Source of the DNA: a virus
Taxonomy: Duplodnaviria; Caudoviricetes
Virus record (IMG/VR): IMGVR_UViG_3300020043_002012
Location: 1-26,662 of that record
Reading direction: 5' to 3' (one strand)
DNA: 26,662 nucleotides
Under the pieces are notes generated by a model. That model made no database searches and was not told the origin of the DNA. It saw only the letters and a program-made list of their open reading frames with translations. The position numbers and the translations under genes were made by a program. Below, in pieces: positions 8,700-14,909 of the stretch (positions are counted from its first letter, which is position 1; each line of letters opens with the position of its first letter).

Positions 8700-9045
8700 G
8701 AACCCTTTACTTGCAAGCTCTTTTCCCATAGAACGACCAACGCCACAAGTGGCGATACTGTCAAGAGATGTATCGAGTAACGACTCTACCCAAGCTGGCT
8801 TGACCCAGTATCTTGGCGGCTATCGCAGGTGTCGACCCTCGCTCCGATGCTGAATCTCCATCGGCCTCTAGCCCATCCCCGACTTCTTCTAACACCCTGT
8901 CGTTTCGGGTGGCAGAAATAGAAAAACCCCTTTGGGTAGCTCTAAGTTGAACCCGCTTTAGGAAGCACTCCACAGGCTTTCCAAAACGCTCAAAGCTACC
9001 CAAAAGGGTCTTAATGGAGTTCTACTAAACAGGGTTCAATCTGCT
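8700..9045 (-). ncRNA. Putative structured non-coding/leader RNA
   Basis: ~24-bp helix 9012-8989/8946-8923 that pairs fully only on the minus strand (four G-U pairs), followed by a U-run. A second helix 9039-9015/8972-8947. Further hairpins CACCC/GGGTG, CCGATG/CATCGG and CGCCA/TGGCG. TATACT -10-like element at 9056-9051. Confidence 0.6.
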
Positions 9046-9064
9046 TATACAGTATACAACAAAA

Positions 9065-9301
9065 TCAACGCAACTCAGGCCATATCAACTGGTATGAGTC
9101 AGGAAATAAGTCTTTGCGGCTTACCAATCCTTTAGATTCTTGCTCTAACAAAGCCCCCAAATACACCATTTTATCGGCTGGAATACCTGAGTTTTTCCAC
9201 ATAGACACCGCAGGTACGCTAATTTTGCAGATTTTGGCTATTTTGGTAGGCCCACCCAGTAACTCGATAATTTGACTATCGGTAAACATTTTCTTCTTCA
9301 T
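9065..9301 (-). CDS. Cro-like HTH transcriptional regulator
   Basis: LGGPTKIAKICKISVPAVSMWKNSGIP...RKDLFPD, a Cro/YdaS-type pattern. Confidence 0.85.
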   Translation of the reverse strand: MKKKMFTDSQIIELLGGPTKIAKICKISVPAVSMWKNSGIPADKMVYLGALLEQESKGLVSRKDLFPDSYQLIWPELR

Positions 9302-9370
9302 TAAGCAAGTTTAACAAAAATACAACGCCATATCAAATAGTTTGCACATTTATTTAATTTGGCTTAATAT
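9301..9370. promoter_or_regulatory. Divergent control region with a rightward sigma70-like promoter and operator copies 2 and 3
   Basis: TTGCAC-N17-TAATAT (9342-9370); palindromes TTAAGCAAGTTTAA (9301-9314) and TTAATTTGGCTTAA (9354-9367). Confidence 0.65.
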
Positions 9371-9396
9371 GGTGGTACAGCATAAGCTGTTTACTT

Positions 9397-9621
9397 TTGG
9401 AGATGATTATGGATGACTTACAGGAATTACATAACGAAATGATGGCAGAGCAAGAACGCCTTGAGATAGCTTTAGATAAGGCAGAAGATGGTGATATGTT
9501 GACATTGGCAGAAATTGACCTAATTAGGTTTCATTGTGGCTTACCCAATAAGCGTAGGATTAGCCCCATTTTGGGTACGATTTTTGACGATTTTTCTAAT
9601 ATTTTTGGGGGGAAACAATGA
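9397..9621 (+). CDS. Hypothetical early protein
   Basis: First ORF of the rightward operon; GGAG RBS suggests a start at 9409. Confidence 0.7.
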   Translation: MEMIMDDLQELHNEMMAEQERLEIALDKAEDGDMLTLAEIDLIRFHCGLPNKRRISPILGTIFDDFSNIFGGKQ

Positions 9622-10235
9622 TTGTGACAGGCACAACTACAGAAAAGAAAGAGTTTAAGGTAGCCCCAGTAGGGTCACACTTAGCTCGTTTATACCGAAT
9701 TATTGATTTAGGTACACAGAAGTCCGAGTACATGGGTCAAGTCAAGATGCTACGCAAAGTAAAGTTCTTTTGGGAGCTTCATGGCGATGACTTAAAGATT
9801 GAGGGCAAACCCCTTATCCAAACACGCAACTACACGCTGTCGCTAGGCGATAAGGCTTCGTTACGGAAGGACTTGGAATCTTGGCGTGGCAAATCATTTA
9901 CCGATGATGAGTTGCGTGGCTTTGACCTACGCAATTTGTTAGATAAATGGTGCATGGTTACTGTTCAGCATAGGACTGCCAATAACGGCAATACCTACGC
10001 TGATGCGGTGGCTATTACCCCAGTTCCTGCAATCGTACAGAAAGCGGGTGTACCACAAGGCGTAAACCCATGCGTATTGTTTGACTTGCAGAAGTTTGAC
10101 CAAGAAGTATTTGACAGCTTATCGCAAGGTTTAAAAGACCAAATCATGCTGTCAGCCGAGTACCGCAATACTTTTACCGATGTAAATAAGCAGTTGCAAG
10201 ACGCAGCAATTATTGATGACGATGTTCCATTTTAA
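9618..10235 (+). CDS. SSB-like / replication-associated protein with acidic tail
   Basis: IIDLGTQ, YTLSLGDKASLRKDLESWRG motifs; C-terminal DDDVPF typical of SSB tails; lies beside an exonuclease. Confidence 0.7.
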   Translation: MIVTGTTTEKKEFKVAPVGSHLARLYRIIDLGTQKSEYMGQVKMLRKVKFFWELHGDDLKIEGKPLIQTRNYTLSLGDKASLRKDLESWRGKSFTDDELRGFDLRNLLDKWCMVTVQHRTANNGNTYADAVAITPVPAIVQKAGVPQGVNPCVLFDLQKFDQEVFDSLSQGLKDQIMLSAEYRNTFTDVNKQLQDAAIIDDDVPF

Positions 10236-10247
10236 AAGGGGAAATGT

Positions 10248-10376
10248 ATGAAAAAAGCACTCGCAATATTTGCAACATTTTTTGTAGTTGGTTTTGCAGT
10301 AGCCCAACAAGCAAATTGCTGGCAACAGTATGTTTGCGGTGGGGGCGGTTGCCAATGGGTAACAATTTGTCGCTAA
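10248..10376 (+). CDS. Secreted four-cysteine micropeptide (42 aa)
   Basis: Manual ORF MKKALAIFATFFVVGFAVA-QQANCWQQYVCGGGGCQWVTICR; AAGGGG RBS; classical Sec signal peptide with AVA cleavage motif. Confidence 0.75.
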   Translation: MKKALAIFATFFVVGFAVAQQANCWQQYVCGGGGCQWVTICR

Positions 10377-10405
10377 CTGGGGGAATTAACCTTTAGGAGT
10401 AAGCC

Positions 10406-10603
10406 ATGAACCACATGATTAAAGACTTTATTGACCAAAAATATACAGTCAAGACCTTTCAAGAACGGGGCTACGATGAAGAAGTACCCATCATTGGATT
10501 TGCCCAAGATGACTTGGAAACTGTCATTAAGACTGTGGTTCAGGCTTGTGCCGACAGGGTTAAAAACCTAGAAGATAGAACGGCAATACTACAGTTAATG
10601 TAA
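10406..10603 (+). CDS. Hypothetical protein
   Basis: AGGAG RBS; in operon. Confidence 0.72.
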   Translation: MNHMIKDFIDQKYTVKTFQERGYDEEVPIIGFAQDDLETVIKTVVQACADRVKNLEDRTAILQLM

Positions 10604-10621
10604 TGTTTAACAGGGGGAATT

Positions 10622-11380
10622 ATGTTAGTGAAAGAGAATACAAGTGAGAGCGGTCATTGGTACTTACCCGATGGCAGTCCAGCCTATCGCATCATTGGCA
10701 AGAACGGCAAAGAAAGAAACTCAACTGTCAAAGACGCAAGAGAACATGGCTTATTGCCCTCAGTTACCACAATTATTGGTTGTGCGTCAAAACCCGCATT
10801 GGATGTATGGAAACAACAACAAGCCATACTGTCCGCTCTTACATTACCTCGCTTAGAGGGTGAATCTGAGGAAGATTGGTTAAGTCGGGTTGTATCGGAT
10901 TCTAAAGAAACTGCCAAGCAAGCTGCGGAACGGGGAACGCAGATACATGGGGTCATAGAAGCCTTCTACGAGGGCATTTACCTACCTGAGCTACCACCCT
11001 ATGTCCGAGCCGTAGAAAGTGCCATAAACGAGCATTTTGGCTCACAGCTATGGATGGCAGAGAAGTCCTTTGCTTATGGGGGGTTTGGCGGTAAATGCGA
11101 CCTAATTAGTAAATCCCATCAAAAGTCTGATGGCTTTGTAATTGACTTTAAAACGACTGAAAAAGACTTAGATAAGCTCGATTACTTCTTTGACCACCAA
11201 ATGCAGTTATCAGCCTACCGCCAAGGGTTTGAGATGCCTAAAGCTCGGTGTGCGATTGTTTATGTCAACGCCCTACAAAATAAGGCTAAACTAGTCGAGA
11301 TACCTGAAGATGACCTGAGAATTGGGTGGGAATGTTTTACCCATTTATTAGCGTTTTATAGGGCAAAGAATAAACTATAA
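10622..11380 (+). CDS. PD-(D/E)XK exonuclease (RecB/Cas4-like phage family)
   Basis: PSVTTII, RGTQIH, E..F, GKCD, IDFKT and QLSAY motifs. Confidence 0.88.
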   Translation: MLVKENTSESGHWYLPDGSPAYRIIGKNGKERNSTVKDAREHGLLPSVTTIIGCASKPALDVWKQQQAILSALTLPRLEGESEEDWLSRVVSDSKETAKQAAERGTQIHGVIEAFYEGIYLPELPPYVRAVESAINEHFGSQLWMAEKSFAYGGFGGKCDLISKSHQKSDGFVIDFKTTEKDLDKLDYFFDHQMQLSAYRQGFEMPKARCAIVYVNALQNKAKLVEIPEDDLRIGWECFTHLLAFYRAKNKL

Positions 11381-11387
11381 TGATTAC

Positions 11388-11439
11388 GGGGTGGCGGCAA
11401 TCCCCCTGCCACAATCTCCTTCACACCGAGGGCCACCCC
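11388..11439 (+). ncRNA. Putative small RNA with two anti-SD motifs
   Basis: GGGGTGGC/GCCACCCC closing stem, inner GGCA/TGCC hairpin, motifs CAATCCCCCT and CAATCTCCTT; TATAAT at 11376-11381. Confidence 0.55.
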
Positions 11440-11445
11440 ACCTTT

Positions 11446-11543
11446 ACAGGGCGTTAAGCCGCCCCAAGAGGATGTGGCAAGTAACGAATTTTGCGGCTTT
11501 CAGCGTTACATGAAACAGCTACCAAATCTTGCCCTGTCTTTTT
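11446..11543 (+). ncRNA. Putative pseudoknotted RNA followed by a T-run
   Basis: Stems ACAGGGC/GCCCTGT, AAGA/TCTT, GTGGC/GCTAC and GTAACG/CGTTAC; pseudoknot AAGCCGC (11456-62) with loop GCGGCTT (11493-99). Confidence 0.55.
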
Positions 11544-11560
11544 ACTCTTATACAAGACTT

Positions 11561-11601
11561 AGGGTATGTCCCTAGTATATTAATATGTTAAGTTGGCTTA
11601 A
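11561..11601 (+). promoter_or_regulatory. Composite site: AGGG-N5-CCCT palindrome plus operator copy 4 (TTAAGTTGGCTTAA)
   Basis: Same arrangement as 8566-8605, upstream of an identical GGGGGATTT-ATG start. Confidence 0.6.
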
Positions 11602-11633
11602 TATTTAATTGTTGTTTAACCAAAGGGGGATTT

Positions 11634-11726
11634 ATGAAAGACTTTTTATTAGGTATCGTTGCAGGTCTATTAGCATTTGGCATACCTGCTATTGTGTATG
11701 TGTGGAGAACTGGGGGTATATCATGA
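11634..11726 (+). CDS. Single-TM microprotein (30 aa)
   Basis: Manual ORF MKDFLLGIVAGLLAFGIPAIVYVWRTGGIS; AGGGGG RBS; ATGA overlap with the next gene. Confidence 0.65.
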   Translation: MKDFLLGIVAGLLAFGIPAIVYVWRTGGIS

Positions 11727-11926
11727 TTGGTACTGTAACGATTGGCGATACGCCTGTTGATGTATATGGCACAGAATGTCCTTCTGAACCTGCTGTTGGA
11801 ATTATGGGAAATTATGTTGAGATTGAGGACTTAGAAGTAGGTGGCATTAGCATCTATGAGATGGTCGCTAACAACCCAATCTTTGACCAAATCCAAGAAG
11901 CAATTAACGATATGGTGAACTCATGA
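11723..11926 (+). CDS. Acidic hypothetical protein (67 aa)
   Basis: Start MIGTVTIG at 11723 with GGGGG RBS; the ORF-track start at 11609 is probably over-extended. Confidence 0.7.
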   Translation: MIGTVTIGDTPVDVYGTECPSEPAVGIMGNYVEIEDLEVGGISIYEMVANNPIFDQIQEAINDMVNS

Positions 11927-12009
11927 ATCCATTTATAGCTACAATTCTATTTGTGTTATTTGCAGTAGCGTGTACAACTCTAGGTTATGTTTTAGCGGGG
12001 TATCTATGA
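11923..12009 (+). CDS. Single-TM microprotein (28 aa)
   Basis: Manual ORF MNPFIATILFVLFAVACTTLGYVLAGYL; ATGA overlaps at both ends. Confidence 0.6.
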   Translation: MNPFIATILFVLFAVACTTLGYVLAGYL

Positions 12010-12209
12010 ATGTTCCATATAACAACGGCAAAGTCAGTATTGGTAAGTATTATGTGCCACCTAAGTATGTCGAGAAAGATAGCGATATGCTAGAGCTTCA
12101 GTCTTATTTAATCCACGACCCAGCCCGTCTTAACAGGGTTTACTGGACAGAAAAAGCCTTATTAGTGCTAAGTCTGTTTGTCGTTATGGTTGTGTTCCTC
12201 AAGAGCTAG
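12006..12209 (+). CDS. Small protein with C-terminal membrane anchor
   Basis: Start MNVPYNNG at 12006 with GGGG RBS; hydrophobic C-terminus. Confidence 0.68.
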   Translation: MNVPYNNGKVSIGKYYVPPKYVEKDSDMLELQSYLIHDPARLNRVYWTEKALLVLSLFVVMVVFLKS

Positions 12210-12707
12210 TTTTCTAGCATCTTCAACCCGATTAAGCCAACCTTTAATAAAGCGAGCTTGGTCGGGTTTTCTTGCAACTATCCCTTGGTAGAAGTCTGCC
12301 CTAGCGTCTGAAAACTTTGCAATAAGGTCTTTAGGGTTTGCACCATTAATTGCTGCCATAGTCTTAGGCCCGATAACTCCATCAGCCACGCATCCGATTG
12401 CCGATTGTAGCGTCTTAACGCTTCGCCCTGTGCCTGCATTAACGGCAAAATCGAATACCACATAATCTAAGCCTTTCGGTAGGACTGCACAATAACTGGG
12501 ATTCCAGTATTTAATCTTGTACATTGGGGCGACCTTTTGGGGGGTCAAGGCTCGCATATCAGCTTCGGATACAGGATGTCCTACAAATTCTTCCCAAACA
12601 CGCTTAGTAACGCCTAGGTTCGTAAATCCACCGCTATCAAGCGGGTCATTGCTCACGCCCCCTTCGTGCTTTAAAACACGAGCCAAACACTCCTCAAATC
12701 GGCTCAT
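12168..12707 (-). CDS. Endolysin, glycoside hydrolase family 108 with peptidoglycan-binding C-terminus
   Basis: HEGG..NDP.D.GG.TNLGVT, FDFAVNAG, ADGVIGPKT and FIKGWLNRV motifs. Confidence 0.92.
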   Translation of the reverse strand: MSRFEECLARVLKHEGGVSNDPLDSGGFTNLGVTKRVWEEFVGHPVSEADMRALTPQKVAPMYKIKYWNPSYCAVLPKGLDYVVFDFAVNAGTGRSVKTLQSAIGCVADGVIGPKTMAAINGANPKDLIAKFSDARADFYQGIVARKPDQARFIKGWLNRVEDARKLALEEHNHNDKQT

Positions 12708-12723
12708 AGCCTAACCATGCGGT

Positions 12724-13092
12724 TCATTTTTTCAGGTTTGCCATAATCCGACTACCGAATAAGAATCCAAAAGCAATGTTGGCGGCTTCCAAGCCGATGC
12801 GTTGTATATATTGGTCAACTGGTAAGAATAAAGTAGCAAGCCCCACCACAATGACTGTCAAAGCTCCTAAATAACGACTAGAAGCTCTTAAATCAATAAC
12901 CCATTGGCTAGGTTGTCCAAACGGGTTATCGAGCTTTGCAAGGGCTTCTAAACGAGCAATTTCGCTGTTATCAAGCTGAATCTGCTCTGCAATGGTGGTT
13001 GGGCGAACTCCACCATTAAAACGCCCTATAAGCTGTTTAATGCCTTCTACGCCTACTGGAACTAAAGCCCCGATGATAGTTTCTAAAATCAC
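12724..13092 (-). CDS. Holin-like membrane protein
   Basis: Hydrophobic segments, C-terminal GFLFGSR; adjacent to the endolysin. Confidence 0.6.
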   Translation of the reverse strand: MILETIIGALVPVGVEGIKQLIGRFNGGVRPTTIAEQIQLDNSEIARLEALAKLDNPFGQPSQWVIDLRASSRYLGALTVIVVGLATLFLPVDQYIQRIGLEAANIAFGFLFGSRIMANLKK

Positions 13093-13256
13093 TTAGGTAA
13101 TGACCATCCATGAGTTGTTAGGTAAGCGTAGCCTAAACCAGCTACAAAGACATAAAACAATGTTCGTATAGAGAACCAACCAAACTGGGCTACTTTCTCG
13201 TTTAACCACTCTTTAATGGCTTCTTTGACGATTTCTTTTTCAATCTCGTTAGCCAT
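13089..13256 (-). CDS. Small single-TM protein in the lysis cassette (55 aa)
   Basis: Manual ORF MANEIEKEIVKEAIKEWLNEKVAQFGWFSIRTLFYVFVAGLGYAYLTTHGWSLPK; GTGA overlap. Confidence 0.68.
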   Translation of the reverse strand: MANEIEKEIVKEAIKEWLNEKVAQFGWFSIRTLFYVFVAGLGYAYLTTHGWSLPK

Positions 13257-13428
13257 TTTTTTTCCTAACTGTAGTCTTTTTAACAGCAGGTTTTCTTTTA
13301 ACCGCAGGTTTTCTAACTGTTTTTTTAGGTGTGGCCTTTATTGTGCCTTCCCAATCATTGAGCAAAGTTAACCAATGCACCTTTTTGGTGTAGCCCATCT
13401 TATCAAAAACCCAGTCAATGATAAACAT
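13249..13428 (-). CDS. Small protein with Lys/Arg-rich tail (59 aa)
   Basis: Manual ORF MFIIDWVFDKMGY...TPKKTVRKPAVKRKPAVKKTTVRKKNG; TAATG coupling. Confidence 0.65.
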   Translation of the reverse strand: MFIIDWVFDKMGYTKKVHWLTLLNDWEGTIKATPKKTVRKPAVKRKPAVKKTTVRKKNG

Positions 13429-13598
13429 TAATCTGCACTTTCAGGTGTATTACCTTCAGCTACCCACTTTAGGTACTCTTGGTACAAAGGATTATCTTCT
13501 TGTGCAACGAATGATGTAAAAGAACCATCTCCGTTATCACGAATGATAAATTTAGAAGGCTCGCCATAAGGATTGTCTTGGATAAATTCTTTATACAT
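13428..13598 (-). CDS. Putative tail-fibre assembly chaperone
   Basis: DNPLYQEYLKWVAEGNTP motif; follows a fibre gene. Confidence 0.65.
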   Translation of the reverse strand: MYKEFIQDNPYGEPSKFIIRDNGDGSFTSFVAQEDNPLYQEYLKWVAEGNTPESAD

Positions 13599-13599
13599 T

Positions 13600-14736
13600 C
13601 TATAACTCCGCATTTAAAGCAACAAATCCAGTTGTAGAGTTGTTACCTAGCAACATAGATACCTGACCAACAGTTCCAACAGCACCAGATGTAACTGCAT
13701 TTAATAAAACTTGAGTTTGACCAGCTCCATAAGACGCATCAGCTAAAGTTAAACTATTTAATCCTGTTACCCCAGCACCCCAAGCAGCAATAACACCAAT
13801 CGTAGAATAATCAACAGAAGATGGATTAGCTCTAAGTGTTACAGGTAGTTGTAAAAATGCGTAGTGTGATGTTGTAGTTCTAACATTACAAAACGCTAAC
13901 TGATTAAATAAAGTTCCTGTAACCGCTTTGTAGTAATACCTCTGACACAAAGCTAACTCAGTACCATAAGGTCTGTAATCAAAGCTAGTAGCTGTAGAGC
14001 CTACCTCAAGTTGAACTCCTGTAATGTAGAAAGTTGCTCCGTTAGTGCCGACTACGGATGTTGCTCCTGTGGCACTATATACAGTAGAACCAGTCCAAGC
14101 ACCAGCAGTACCGCTAAGAGAAGAACCTACTCCAAGTCCAAATCTGACATTCATGCCGACACCATTAGTGGTTAGCCATGTGCCTGTCGTATCTCCAGCA
14201 ATGGTTACTGTTTTATATTCCCAAGTATTTGCTGAACTAATTGTGTATGTAAATGGATAAACACGAGAATCGCCTGAGTTGCTGACAGTTCCACCAAATG
14301 TTCCAGTTAAAGAACTGCGTACCCAAAACGATAGCGTTACAGTTTTAGCGTTAGCAGTTCCCCAACCTAAATCAGCGACATTAAAACCCTCAATAGGTTG
14401 CGAAAACAAAAACAGTTCACTTGCTCCAACTGTGTAAGCAGAAAGTGAAGTTACTCCTAAATAGTTTGAAAATCCAGCGGGTGGAGTTACAGAACCAGCA
14501 TTTTGTTGAACACTGTATTTTGAACTTTGACTCAAAGAAAAAACCCAACGGTCTAAAAGATACACTCCACCAACTGTTGGAGTAACACTAGCACCAGCAT
14601 TACGCTGGTCGATGGTCATGTTCCCATTTATTATTCTGTTCTTCATATTAACGGATGGAGTTACCGCATTAGCAGTAATACTCCCGTTGTACATGGGAGT
14701 TGTTATTCCGTTTGAGCCGTCTAAGGTTATAGGCAT
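13600..14736 (-). CDS. Tail fibre / receptor-binding protein with carbohydrate-binding-like domain
   Basis: KNRIINGNM.IDQR, VTLSFWVRSS, ITGVQLEVG..AT.F..R.YGTELALCQRYY motifs. Confidence 0.8.
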   Translation of the reverse strand: MPITLDGSNGITTPMYNGSITANAVTPSVNMKNRIINGNMTIDQRNAGASVTPTVGGVYLLDRWVFSLSQSSKYSVQQNAGSVTPPAGFSNYLGVTSLSAYTVGASELFLFSQPIEGFNVADLGWGTANAKTVTLSFWVRSSLTGTFGGTVSNSGDSRVYPFTYTISSANTWEYKTVTIAGDTTGTWLTTNGVGMNVRFGLGVGSSLSGTAGAWTGSTVYSATGATSVVGTNGATFYITGVQLEVGSTATSFDYRPYGTELALCQRYYYKAVTGTLFNQLAFCNVRTTTSHYAFLQLPVTLRANPSSVDYSTIGVIAAWGAGVTGLNSLTLADASYGAGQTQVLLNAVTSGAVGTVGQVSMLLGNNSTTGFVALNAEL

Positions 14737-14909
14737 TATTTTGCTCCTGTTACAGCATCAAGCTGTTCTTGTGTTGGGCGGGGCAGGGAATGTTCCCACT
14801 TTTCTATATATACACCATGACCATCATCTCTTAAAGAGATAGTGCCACCGTTAGGACTAAAATCACTTGATTTTAATTCAGGGTAAATAGAAATAATTTT
14901 TTCAAACAT
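14736..14909 (-). CDS. XkdW-like small tail-fibre chaperone (57 aa)
   Basis: Manual ORF MFEKIISIYPEL...LRDDGHGVYIEKWEHSLPRPTQEQL; TAATG coupling at both ends. Confidence 0.7.
   Translation of the reverse strand: MFEKIISIYPELKSSDFSPNGGTISLRDDGHGVYIEKWEHSLPRPTQEQLDAVTGAK

Noticed and set aside
8761-9003. 80-aa minus-strand ORF in the ORF track
   Set aside because: TTG start inside a long RNA helix, no RBS and no recognisable motif; the region is better explained as structured RNA, though a leader peptide is not excluded.
10152-10355. 67-aa Cys-containing minus-strand ORF
   Set aside because: Antisense to the better supported signal-peptide ORF and the SSB-like gene end; no RBS.
10622-11380. 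Cas4-like nuclease as a sign of a CRISPR system
   Set aside because: No repeat-spacer array or other cas genes seen; such exonucleases are common phage recombination genes.
11388-11543. tRNA gene(s)
   Set aside because: No T-loop GTTCRA, D-loop or cloverleaf spacing.
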